Assembly: GCF_009914755.1 (NCBI RefSeq)
Contig: NC_060933.1
Strand: one strand, 5' to 3'
Length of the DNA stretch: 64,000 bases
Source of the DNA: the human T2T-CHM13v2.0 reference genome, Homo sapiens
The stretch's first letter is position 1. Every line of letters starts with the position of its first letter. The notes beneath the pieces are model-generated. The model did no database searches, was not told the origin of the DNA, and worked only from the letters and a program-made list of their open reading frames with translations. Position numbers and translations under genes: made by a program. This document shows positions 1 through 13,684 of this stretch, one piece after another.

Positions 1-3000
1 TTCCATTCCATTCCCTTCCATGCCATTTCACTCGGGTTTATTCCATTCCTTTCCATTCCATTCGGGTTGAATCCATTCCATTCCATTCCATTCCATTCGA
101 TTCCATTCCATTGAACTCGGGTTGATTCCATTCCATTCCATGCCATTCCATTTCATTCCATTCCATTCCATTCCATTCCATTCCATTCCATTCCGTTCCA
201 TTCCATTCCATTACATTCGGATTGATTCTTTTTAATTCCCTTACACTCCACTACATTCCATTCCATTCGGGTACTTTCCATTCCATTCCATTCCATTCCA
301 CTGCATTTTATTGCACTCGGGTTGATTGATTCCATTCCATTGCATTCCATTCCATTCCATTCCCCTGCACTCGGGTTGATCCCATTCCATTGCATTCCAT
401 TCCATTCCATTCCATTCCATTCCGTTCCATTCCATTCCATTCCATTCTGTTCAGGTTAATTCCATTCCATTCCATTCCCTTCCATTCCGTTCCATTCCAT
501 TCCATTCCATTCTGTTCAGGTTAATTCCATTCCATTCCATTCCCTTCCATTCCATTCCATTCCATTCCATCCCATTGCAATCTAGTTGATTCCATTGCAT
601 TCCATTCCATTCCATTCCATTCCATTGCATTCCATTCCATTCCATTCCCCTGCACTCAGATTGATTCCATTCCATCCCATTCCATTCCATTCCGTTCCAT
701 TACATTCCATTCCATTGTATTCGCGTTAATTCCATTCCATTCCATTCCATTACATTACATTGTAATCGAGTTGATTCCATTCCATTCCGTTCCATTCCAT
801 TCCATTCCATTCCATTTATTTCCATTCCATTCTATTCTGTACCATTCCATTCCATTCCATTCCATTCCATTCCATTCCATTCCATTCCATTCCATGCCAT
901 TCTACTCGGGTTGATTCCATTGCTTTCCATTCCATTTGGGTTGAATCCAATCCATTCCATTCCATTCCATTCCATTCCATTCCATTCCATTGCACTAGGT
1001 TTGATTCCATTCCACTGCATTCCATTCCATTCCATTCCGTTCCATTCCATTCCATTACATTCGGATTGATTGTATTCAATTCCCTTACTCTCCATTACAT
1101 TCCATTCCATTCGGGTTGTTTCCATTCCATTACATTCCATTCCACTCCATTCCATTGCACTCAGGTTGATTCCATTCCATTCCATTCCATTCCATTCCAT
1201 TCCATTTCGTTCCATTCCATTCTATTCCGTACGATTCCATTCCATTCCATTCCATTCCATGCCATTCCACTCAGGTTTATTCCATTCCATTCGGGTTGAA
1301 TCCATTCCATTCCATTCCATTCCATTCCATTCCATTCCATTCCTTTGCACTCGGGTTGATTCTATTCCATTCCCTGCCATTCCATTTCATTCGATTCCAT
1401 TCCATTCCATTCCATTCCATTCCATTCCATTCCACTGCATTCTATTGCACTCGGGTTGATTGATTCCATTCCATTGCATTCCATTCCATTCCATTCCATT
1501 CCATTCCATTCCATTCCATTCCATTCCATTCCATTCTGTTCAGGTTAATTCCATTCCATTCCATTCCCTTCCATTCCATTCCATTCCATTCCATCCCATT
1601 GCAATCGAGGTGATTCCATTGCATTCCATTCCATTCCATTCCATTGCATTCCATTCCATTCCATTCCCCTGCACTCAGATTGATTCCATTCCATTCCTTT
1701 CCATTCCATTCCGTTCCATTCCTTTCCATTCCATTCTATTTGCGTTAATTCCGTTCCATTCCATTCCATTACACTCCTTTGCATTCGAGTTGATTCCATT
1801 CCATTCCGTTCCATTCCTTTCCATTCCATTCCATTCCATGCCATTCCACTCGGGTTGATTCCATTCCTTTCCATTCCATTCGAGTTGAATCCATTCCATT
1901 CCATTCCATTCCATACGATTCCATTCCATTGCTCACGTGTTCATTCCATTCCATTCCATTCCATTCCATTCCATTCCATTCCATTTCGTTCCATTCCATT
2001 CTCTTCCGTAGTATTCCATTCCATTCCATTCCATTCCACTCCATTCCATGCCATTCCTCTCGGGTTTATTCCATTCCTTTCCATTCCATTCGGGTTGAAT
2101 TCATTCCATTCCATTCCATTCCATTCAATTCCAATACATTGCACTCGGGTTGATTCCATTCCATTCCATTCCATTTCAATCCATTCCCTTCCATTCCATT
2201 TCATTCCATTCCATTCCATTCCATTCCATTCCATTCCATTCCATGCCATTCCACTCGGGTTGATTCCATTCCTTTCCATTCCATTCTACTTGAACCCATT
2301 CCATTCCATTCCATTCCATTCCATTCCATTCCATTGCACACGGGTTCATTCCATTCCATTCCATTCCATTCCATTCCATTCCATTCCATTTCGTTCCATT
2401 CCATTCTATTCCTTACGATTCCATTCCATTCCATTCCCTTCCATGCCATTTCACTCGGGTTTATTCCATTCCTTTCCATTCCATTCGGGTTGAATCCATT
2501 CCATTCCATTCCATTCCATTCGATTCCATTCCATTGAACTCGGGTTGATTCCATTCCATTCCATGCCATTCCATTTCATTCCATTCCATTCCATTCCATT
2601 CCATTCCATTCCATTCCGTTCCATTCCATTCCATTACATTCGGATTGATTCTTTTTAATTCCCTTACACTCCACTACATTCCATTCCATTCGGGTACTTT
2701 CCATTCCATTCCATTCCATTCCACTGCATTTTATTGCACTCGGGTTGATTGATTCCATTCCATTGCATTCCATTCCATTCCATTCCCCTGCACTCGGGTT
2801 GATCCCATTCCATTGCATTCCATTCCATTCCATTCCATTCCATTCCGTTCCATTCCATTCCATTCCATTCTGTTCAGGTTAATTCCATTCCATTCCATTC
2901 CCTTCCATTCCGTTCCATTCCATTCCATTCCATTCTGTTCAGGTTAATTCCATTCCATTCCATTCCCTTCCATTCCATTCCATTCCATTCCATCCCATTG

Positions 3001-4740
3001 CAATCTAGTTGATTCCATTGCATTCCATTCCATTCCATTCCATTCCATTGCATTCCATTCCATTCCATTCCCCTGCACTCAGATTGATTCCATTCCATCC
3101 CATTCCATTCCATTCCGTTCCATTACATTCCATTCCATTGTATTCGCGTTAATTCCATTCCATTCCATTCCATTACATTACATTGTAATCGAGTTGATTC
3201 CATTCCATTCCGTTCCATTCCATTCCATTCCATTCCATTTATTTCCATTCCATTCTATTCTGTACCATTCCATTCCATTCCATTCCATTCCATTCCATTC
3301 CATTCCATTCCATGCCATTCTACTCGGGTTGATTCCATTGCTTTCCATTCCATTTGGGTTGAATCCAATCCATTCCATTCCATTCCATTCCATTCCATTC
3401 CATTCCATTGCACTAGGTTTGATTCCATTCCACTGCATTCCATTCCATTCCATTCCGTTCCATTCCATTCCATTACATTCGGATTGATTGTATTCAATTC
3501 CCTTACTCTCCATTACATTCCATTCCATTCGGGTTGTTTCCATTCCATTACATTCCATTCCACTCCATTCCATTGCACTCAGGTTGATTCCATTCCATTC
3601 CATTCCATTCCATTCCATTCCATTTCGTTCCATTCCATTCTATTCCGTACGATTCCATTCCATTCCATTCCATTCCATGCCATTCCACTCAGGTTTATTC
3701 CATTCCATTCGGGTTGAATCCATTCCATTCCATTCCATTCCATTCCATTCCATTCCATTCCTTTGCACTCGGGTTGATTCTATTCCATTCCCTGCCATTC
3801 CATTTCATTCGATTCCATTCCATTCCATTCCATTCCATTCCATTCCATTCCACTGCATTCTATTGCACTCGGGTTGATTGATTCCATTCCATTGCATTCC
3901 ATTCCATTCCATTCCATTCCATTCCATTCCATTCCATTCCATTCCATTCCATTCTGTTCAGGTTAATTCCATTCCATTCCATTCCCTTCCATTCCATTCC
4001 ATTCCATTCCATCCCATTGCAATCGAGGTGATTCCATTGCATTCCATTCCATTCCATTCCATTGCATTCCATTCCATTCCATTCCCCTGCACTCAGATTG
4101 ATTCCATTCCATTCCTTTCCATTCCATTCCGTTCCATTCCTTTCCATTCCATTCTATTTGCGTTAATTCCGTTCCATTCCATTCCATTACACTCCTTTGC
4201 ATTCGAGTTGATTCCATTCCATTCCGTTCCATTCCTTTCCATTCCATTCCATTCCATGCCATTCCACTCGGGTTGATTCCATTCCTTTCCATTCCATTCG
4301 AGTTGAATCCATTCCATTCCATTCCATTCCATACGATTCCATTCCATTGCTCACGTGTTCATTCCATTCCATTCCATTCCATTCCATTCCATTCCATTCC
4401 ATTTCGTTCCATTCCATTCTCTTCCGTAGTATTCCATTCCATTCCATTCCATTCCACTCCATTCCATGCCATTCCTCTCGGGTTTATTCCATTCCTTTCC
4501 ATTCCATTCGGGTTGAATTCATTCCATTCCATTCCATTCCATTCAATTCCATTACATTGCACTCGGGTTGATTCCAATCCATTCCATTCCATTTCAATCC
4601 ATTCCCTTCCATTCCATTTCATTCCATTCCATTCCATTCCATTCCATTCCATTCCATTCCATGCCATTCCACTCGGGTTGATTCCATTCCTTTCCATTCC
4701 ATTCTACTTGAACCCATTCCATTCCATTCCATTCCATTCC
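1..4740 (+). repeat. Tandem duplication, unit ~2.42 kb (1-2322 matches 2424-4740; first copy starts left of the window)
   Basis: Sequence and ORF translations recur at offset 2423 (153->2576, 451->2874), then at 2418 (1442->3860, 1929->4347) after a one-pentamer indel. The copies diverge after TCTACTTGAACCC(ATTCC)n at ~2325 vs ~4741. Confidence 0.93.
421..550 (+). repeat. Local 65-bp tandem duplication (also present in the second 2.42-kb copy at ~2844-2973)
   Basis: CTGTTCAGGTTAA...CCCTTCC occurs at 447 and 512, and again at 2870 and 2935. Confidence 0.8.
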
Positions 4741-7700
4741 TTTCCATTCCATTCCATTACAATTCTTTCCATTCCATTCTATTCCGTACCATGCCATTCC
4801 ATTCCATACACTTCCATTCCATTCCATTCCACTCCGTTCCGTTCCGTTCCGTTCCGTTCCATTCCATTGATTACATTCGGATTGATTGTATTCAATTCCC
4901 TTACACTCCATTACATTCCATTCCATTCGTGTTGTTTCCGTTCCATTACATTCCCTTCCACTCCATTCCATTGCACTCAGGTTGATTCCATTCCATTCCT
5001 TTCCATTCCATTCCATTCCATTCCATTCCATTTCGTTCCATTCCATTCTATTCTTTACCATTCCATTCCATTCCATTCCATTCCATGCCATTCCACTCGG
5101 GTTGATTCCATTCCTTTCCATTCCATTCGGTTTGAATCCATTCCATTCCATTCCATTTCATTCCATTCCATTCCATTACCCTGCAATCGGGTGGATTCCA
5201 TTCTATTCCATTCCATTCCATTCCATTCCATTCCATTCCATTCCATTTCGTTCCATTCCATTCTATTCCGTACCATTCCTTTCCATTCCATTCCATTCTA
5301 TTCCATGCCATGCCATTCCACTCGGGTTGATTCCATTCCTTTCCATTCCATTCTAGTTGAATCCAATCCATTGCATTCCATTCCATTCGATTCCATTCAG
5401 TTGCACACGGGTTCATTCCATTCCATTCCATTCCATTCCATTCCATTCCATTCCATTCCATTTCGTTCCATTCCATTCTATTCCGTACCTTTCCCTTCCA
5501 TTCAATTCCATTCCACTCCATTTCATGCCATTCCACTCGGGTTTAATCAACTCCTTTCCATTCCATTCGGGTTGAATCCATTCCATTCCATTCCATTCCA
5601 TTCCATTCCATTCCATTCCATTCCATTCCATGCCATTCCACTCGGGTTGATTCCATTCCTTTCCATTCCATTCGATTTGAACCCATTCCATTCCATTCCA
5701 TTCCATTCCATTCCATTCCACTCGGGTTGATTCCATTCCTTTCCATTCCATTCGGGTTGAAACCATTCCATTCCATTCCATTCCTTTCGATTCTATTCCA
5801 TTTCACTCGGGTTGATCCCATTCCATTGCATTCCATTCCATTCCATTGCATTCCATTCCGTTCCATTCCATTCCATTACATTCGTGTTGATTCTATTCAA
5901 TTCCCTTACTCTCCATTACATTCCATTCCATTCGGGTTGTTTCCATTCCATTCCATTCCATTCCACTGCATTCCATTGCAATCGGGTTGATTCCATTCCA
6001 TTCCATTGCATTCCATTCCATTCCATTAAATTCCGTATGATTCCATTCCATTGCATTCCATTCCATTCCATTCCCCTGCACTCGGTTGGATTCCATTCTC
6101 TTCCATTCCATTCCATTCCATTCCATTCCATTCCATTCCATTCCATTCTATTCGGGTTAATTTCATTCCATTCCATTCCATTCCCTTCCATTCCATTCCA
6201 TTCCATTCCATTCCATTGAAATCGAGTTGATTCCATTCCATTCCATTCCATTCCATTCTATTCGGGTTAATTCCATTCCATTCCATTCCATTCCCTTCCA
6301 TTCAATTCCATTCCATTCCATTCCATTCCATTCCATTCCTTTCTATTAGGGTTAATTCCATTCCATTCCATTCCATTCCATTCCATTCCATTCCACTCCA
6401 ATCCATGCCATTCCACTCGGGTTTATTCCATTCCTTTCCATTCCATTCGGGTTGAATCCATTCCATTCCATTCCATTCCATTCCATTCCATTCCATTCCA
6501 TGCCATTGCACTCGGGTTGATTCCATTCCTTTCCATTCCATTCGAATTGAACCCATTCCATTCCATTCCATTCCATTCCATTCCATTGCTCACGGGTTCA
6601 TTCCATTCCATTCCATTCCATTCCATTTCGTTCCATTCCATTGTACTCCGTAACATTCCATTCCATTCCATTCCCTTCCATGCCATTTCACTCAGGTTTA
6701 TTCCATTCCTTTCCATTCCATTCGGGGTGAATCCATTCCATTCCATTCCATTCCATTCCATTCCATTCCATTCCATTGCACTCGGGTTGATTCCATTCCG
6801 TTCTATGCCATTCCATTTCATTCCATTCCATTCCATTCCATTCCATTCCATTCCATTCCATTCCTTTCCTTTCAATTCCATTCCATTACATTCGGATTGA
6901 TTCTTTTTAATTCCCTTACACTCCATTATATTCCATTCCATTCGGATAATTTCCATTCCATTCCATTCCATTCCACTGCATTCTATTGCACTCGGGTTGA
7001 TTGATTCCATTCCATTGCATTCCATTCCATTCCATTCCATTCCATTCCATTCCATTCCATTCTGTTCAGGTTAGTTCCATTCCATTCCATTCCCTTCCAT
7101 TCCATTCCATTCCATTCCATCCCATTGCAATCGAGGTGACTCCATTGCATTCCATTCCATTCCATTCCATTGCATTCCTTTCCATTCCATTCCCCTGCAC
7201 TCAGATTGATTCCATTCCATTCCTTTCCATTCCATTCCGTTCCATTCCTTTCCATTCCATTCTATTTGCGTTAATTCCGTTCCATTCCATTCCATTACAT
7301 TCCTTTGCAATCGAGTTGATTCCATTCCATTCCGTTCCATTCCATTCCATTCCATTCCATTCCATGCCATTCCACTCGTGTTGATTCCATTCCTTTCCAT
7401 TCCATTCGAGTTGAATCCATTCCATTCCATTCCATTCCATTCCATTCGATTCCATTCCATTGCTCACGTGTTCATTCCATTCCATTCCATTCCATTCCAT
7501 TCCATTCCATTCCATTTCGTTCCATTCCATTCTCTTCCGTAGTATTCCAATCAATTCCATTCTACTCCATTCCATGCCATTCCACTCGGGTTTATTCCAT
7601 TCCTTTCCATTCCATTCGGGTTGAATCCATTCCATTCCATTCCATTCCATTACATTACATTACATTGCACTCGCGTTGATTAAATTCCATTCCATTCCAT

Positions 7701-10700
7701 TCCATTTCATTCCATTCCATTCCATTCCATTTCATTCCATTCCATTCAATTCCATTCCATTCCATTTCATTCCATTCCATTCCATTCCATTCCATTTCAT
7801 TCCCTTCCATGCCTTTCCACTCCGGTTGATTCCATTCCTTTCCATTCTATTCGAGTTGAACCCATTCCATTCCATTCCATTCCATTCCATTCCATTCCAT
7901 TCAATTTCGTTCCATTCCATTCTATTGCGTACCATTCCATTCCATTCCATTCCGTTCCTTTCCATTCCATTCCATTCCATTCTGTTCAGGTTAATTCCAT
8001 GCCATTCCATTCCATTCCATCCCATTGCAATCGAGTTGATTCCATTGCATTCCATTCCATTCCATTGCATTCCATTCCATTCCATTGCATTCCATTCCAT
8101 TCCATTCCATTACATTGCATTCCATTCCATTCCATTCCCCTGCACTCAGATTGATTCCATTCCATTCCATACCATTCCATTCCGTTCCATTCCATTCCAT
8201 TCCATTCCATTCTATTCGCGTTAATTCCATTCCATTCCAGTACATTACATTACATTGCAATCGAGATGATTCCATTCCATTCCGTTCCATTCCGTTCCAT
8301 TCCATTCCATTCCATTCCATTTCGTTCCATTCCATTCTATTCCGTACCATTCCATTCCATTCCATTTCATTCCATTCCATTCCATGCCATTCCACTCGGG
8401 TTGATTCCATTGCTTTCCATTCCATTTGGGTTGAATCCAATCCATTCCATTCCATTCCATTCCATTCCATTCCATTGCACTAGGTTTGATTCCATTCCAC
8501 TGCATTCCATTCCATTCCATTCCATTCCATTCCATTCCATTCCATTCCATTGCAATCGGGTTGATTCCATTCCATTCCATTCCATTCCATTCCATTCCAT
8601 TCCATTCCATTCCATTCCATTCCATTTCGTTCCATTCCATTCTATTCCGTACGATTCCATTCCATTCCATTCCATTCCATGCCATTCCACTCAGGTTTAT
8701 TCCATTCCATTCGGGTTGAATCCATTCCATTCCATTCCATTCCATTCCATTCCATTCCATTCCTTTGCACTCGGGTTGATTCTATTCCATTCCCTGCCAT
8801 TCCATTTCATTCGATTCCATTCCATTCCATTCCATTCCATTCCATTCCATTCCACTGCATTCTATTGCACTCGGGTTGATTGATTCCATTCCATTGCATT
8901 CCATTCCATTCCATTCCATTCCATTCCATTCCATTCCATTCCATTCCATTCCATTCCATTCTGTTCAGGTTAATTCCATTCCATTCCATTCCCTTCCATT
9001 CCATTCCATTCCATTCCATCCCATTGCAATCGAGGTGATTCCATTGCATTCCATTCCATTCCATTCCATTGCATTCCATTCCATTCCATTCCCCTGCACT
9101 CAGATTGATTCCATTCCATTCCTTTCCATTCCATTCCGTTCCATTCCTTTCCATTCCATTCTATTTGCGTTAATTCCGTTCCATTCCATTCCATTACACT
9201 CCTTTGCATTCGAGTTGATTCCATTCCATTCCGTTCCATTCCTTTCCATTCCATTCCATTCCATGCCATTCCACTCGGGTTGATTCCATTCCTTTCCATT
9301 CCATTCGAGTTGAATCCATTCCATTCCATTCCATTCCATACGATTCCATTCCATTGCTCACGTGTTCATTCCATTCCATTCCATTCCATTCCATTCCATT
9401 CCATTCCATTTCGTTCCATTCCATTCTCTTCCGTAGTATTCCATTCCATTCCATTCCATTCCACTCCATTCCATGCCATTCCTCTCGGGTTTATTCCATT
9501 CCTTTCCATTCCATTCGGGTTGAATTGATTCCATTCCATTCCATTCCATTCAATTCCATTACATTGCACTCGGGTTGATTCCAATCCATTCCATTCCATT
9601 TCAATCCATTCCCTTCCATTCCATTTCATTCCATTCCATTCCATTCCATTCCATTCCATTCCATTCCATGCCATTCCACTCGGGTTGATTCCATTCCTTT
9701 CCATTCCATTCTACTTGAACCCATTCCATTCCATTCCATTCCATTCCTTTCCATTCCATTCCATTACAATTCTTTCCATTCCATTCTATTCCGTACCATG
9801 CCATTCCATTCCATACACTTCCATTCCATTCCATTCCACTCCGTTCCGTTCCGTTCCGTTCCGTTCCATTCCATTCCATTACATTCGGATTGATTGTATT
9901 CAATTCCCTTACACTCCATTACATTCCATTCCATTCGTGTTGTTTCCGTTCCATTACATTCCCTTCCACTCCATTCCATTGCACTCAGGTTGATTCCATT
10001 CCATTCCTTTCCATTCCATTCCATTCCATTCCATTCCATTTCGTTCCATTCCATTCTATTCTTTACCATTCCATTCCATTCCATTCCATTCCATGCCATT
10101 CCACTCGGGTTGATTCCATTCCTTTCCATTCCATTCGGTTTGAATCCATTCCATTCCATTCCATTTCATTCCATTCCATTCCATTACCCTGCAATCGGGT
10201 GGATTCCATTCTATTCCATTCCATTCCATTCCATTCCATTCCATTCCATTCCATTTCGTTCCATTCCATTCTATTCCGTACCATTCCTTTCCATTCCATT
10301 CCATTCTATTCCATGCCATGCCATTCCACTCGGGTTGATTCCATTCCTTTCCATTCCATTCTAGTTGAATCCAATCCATTGCATTCCATTCCATTCGATT
10401 CCATTCAGTTGCACACGGGTTCATTCCATTCCATTCCATTCCATTCCATTCCATTCCATTCCATTCCATTTCGTTCCATTCCATTCTATTCCGTACCTTT
10501 CCCTTCCATTCAATTCCATTCCACTCCATTTCATGCCATTCCACTCGGGTTTAATCAACTCCTTTCCATTCCATTCGGGTTGAATCCATTCCATTCCATT
10601 CCATTCCATTCCATTCCATTCCATTCCATTCCATTCCATGCCATTCCACTCGGGTTGATTCCATTCCTTTCCATTCCATTCGATTTGAACCCATTCCATT

Positions 10701-13684
10701 CCATTCCATTCCATTCCATTCCATTCCACTCGGGTTGATTCCATTCCTTTCCATTCCATTCGGGTTGAAACCATTCCATTCCATTCCATTCCTTTCGATT
10801 CTATTCCATTTCACTCGGGTTGATCCCATTCCATTGCATTCCATTCCATTCCATTGCATTCCATTCCGTTCCATTCCATTCCATTACATTCGTGTTGATT
10901 CTATTCAATTCCCTTACTCTCCATTACATTCCATTCCATTCGGGTTGTTTCCATTCCATTCCATTCCATTCCACTGCATTCCATTGCAATCGGGTTGATT
11001 CCATTCCATTCCATTGCATTCCATTCCATTCCATCAAATTCCGTATGATTCCATTCCATTGCATTCCATTCCATTCCATTCCCCTGCACTCGGTTGGATT
11101 CCATTCTCTTCCATTCCATTCCATTCCATTCCATTCCATTCCATTCCATTCCATTCTATTCGGGTTAATTTCATTCCATTCCATTCCATTCCCTTCCATT
11201 CCATTCCATTCCATTCCATTCCATTGAAATCGAGTTGATTCCATTCCATTCCATTCCATTCCATTCTATTCGGGTTAATTCCATTCCATTCCATTCCATT
11301 CCCTTCCATTCAATTCCATTCCATTCCATTCCATTCCATTCCATTCCTTTCTATTAGGGTTAATTCCATTCCATTCCATTCCATTCCATTGCATTCCATT
11401 CCACTCCAATCCATGCCATTCCACTCGGGTTTATTCCATTCCTTTCCATTCCATTCGGGTTGAATCCATTCCATTCCATTCCATTCCATTCCATTCCATT
11501 CCATTCCATTCCATTCCATGCCATTGCACTCGGGTTGATTCCATTCCTTTCCATTCCATTCGAATTGAACCCATTCCATTCCATTCCATTCCATTCCATT
11601 CCATTGCTCACGGGTTCATTCCATTCCATTCCATTCCATTCCATTTCGTTCCATTCCATTGTACTCCGTAACATTCCATTCCATTCCATTCCCTTCCATG
11701 CCATTTCACTCAGGTTTATTCCATTCCTTTCCATTCCATTCGGGGTGAATCCATTCCATTCCATTCCATTCCATTCCATTCCATTCCATTCCATTGCACT
11801 CGGGTTGATTCCATTCCGTTCTATGCCATTCCATTTCATTCCATTCCATTCCATTCCATTCCATTCCATTCCATTCCTTTCCTTTCAATTCCATTCCATT
11901 ACATTCGGATTGATTCTTTTTAATTCCCTTACACTCCATTATATTCCATTCCATTCGGATTGATTCTTTTTAATTCCCTTACACTCCATTATATTCCATT
12001 CCATTCGGATAATTTCCATTCCATTCCATTCCATTCCACTGCATTCTATTGCACTCGGGTTGATTGATTCCATTCCATTGCATTCCATTCCATTCCATTC
12101 CATTCCATTCCATTCCATTCCATTCTATTCAGGTTAGTTCCATTCCATTCCATTCCCTTCCATTCCATTCCATTCCATTCCATCCCATTGCAATCGAGGT
12201 GACTCCATTGCATTCCATTCCATTCCATTCCATTGCATTCCTTTCCATTCCATTCCCCTGCACTCAGATTGATTCCATTCCATTCCTTTCCATTCCATTC
12301 CGTTCCATTCCTTTCCATTCCATTCTATTTGCGTTAATTCCGTTCCATTCCATTCCATTACATTCCTTTGCAATCGAGTTGATTCCATTCCATTCCGTTC
12401 CATTCCATTCCATTCCATTCCATTCCATGCCATTCCACTCGTGTTGATTCCATTCCTTTCCATTCCATTCGAGTTGAATCCATTCCATTCCATTCCATTC
12501 CATTCCATTCGATTCCATTCCATTGCTCACGTGTTCATTCCATTCCATTCCATTCCATTCCATTCCATTCCATTCCATTCCATTTCGTTCCATTCCATTC
12601 TCTTCCGTAGTATTCCAATCAATTCCATTCTACTCCATTCCATGCCATTCCACTCGGGTTTATTCCATTCCTTTCCATTCCATTCGGGTTGAATCCATTC
12701 CATTCCATTCCATTCCATTCCATTACATTACATTGCACTCGCGTTGATTAAATTCCATTCCATTCCATTCCATTTCATTCCATTCCATTCCATTCCATTT
12801 CATTCCATTCCATTCAATTCCATTCCATTCCATTTCATTCCATTCCATTCCATTCCATTCCATTTCATTCCCTTCCATGCCTTTCCACTCCGGTTGATTC
12901 CATTCCTTTCCATTCTATTCGAGTTGAACCCATTCCATTCCATTCCATTCCATTCCATTCCATTCCATTCAATTTCGTTCCATTCCATTCTATTGCGTAC
13001 CATTCCATTCCATTCCATTCCGTTCCTTTCCATTCCATTCCATTCCATTCTGTTCAGGTTAATTCCATGCCATTCCATTCCATTCCATCCCATTGCAATC
13101 GAGTTGATTCCATTGCATTCCATTCCATTCCATTGCATTCCATTCCATTCCATTGCATTCCATTCCATTCCATTCCATTACATTGCATTCCATTCCATTC
13201 CATTCCCCTGCACTCAGATTGATTCCATTCCATTCCATACCATTCCATTCCGTTCCATTCCATTCCATTCCATTCCATTCTATTCGCGTTAATTCCATTC
13301 CATTCCAGTACATTACATTACATTGCAATCGAGATGATTCCATTCCATTCCGTTCCATTCCGTTCCATTCCATTCCATTCCATTCCATTCCATTCCATTT
13401 CGTTCCATTCCATTCTATTCCGTACCATTCCATTCCATTCCATTTCATTCCATTCCATTCCATGCCATTCCACTCGGGTTGATTCCATTGCTTTCCATTC
13501 CATTTGGGTTGAATCCAATCCATTCCATTCCATTCCATTCCATTCCATTCCATTGCACTAGGTTTGATTCCATTCCACTGCATTCCATTCCATTCCATTC
13601 CATTCCATTCCATTCCATTCCATTCCATTGCAATCGGGTTGATTCCATTCCATTCCATTCCATTCCATTCCATTCCATTCCATT
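3594..13684 (+). repeat. Tandem duplication, unit ~5.0-5.08 kb (~3594-8600 matches ~8600-13684)
   Basis: Landmarks recur at offsets 5002-5078 (4347->9354, 5357->10365, 6983->12046, 7676->12744, 8552->13630), with only a handful of substitutions and indels. Confidence 0.93.
11902..12010 (+). repeat. Exact 50-bp tandem duplication private to the second 5-kb copy
   Basis: CATTCGGATTGATTCTTTTTAATTCCCTTACACTCCATTATATTCCATTC occurs twice (CGGAT at 11906, 11956, 12006). The paralogous site at 6893-6943 has one copy. Confidence 0.92.

Noticed and set aside
1-13684. Near-identical 2.42-kb and 5-kb copies as assembly artefacts
   Set aside because: The copies differ by several substitutions, pentamer indels and a 50-bp duplication, and have coherent junctions, which favours real duplications. 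Spanning reads are still needed to exclude an artefact fully.
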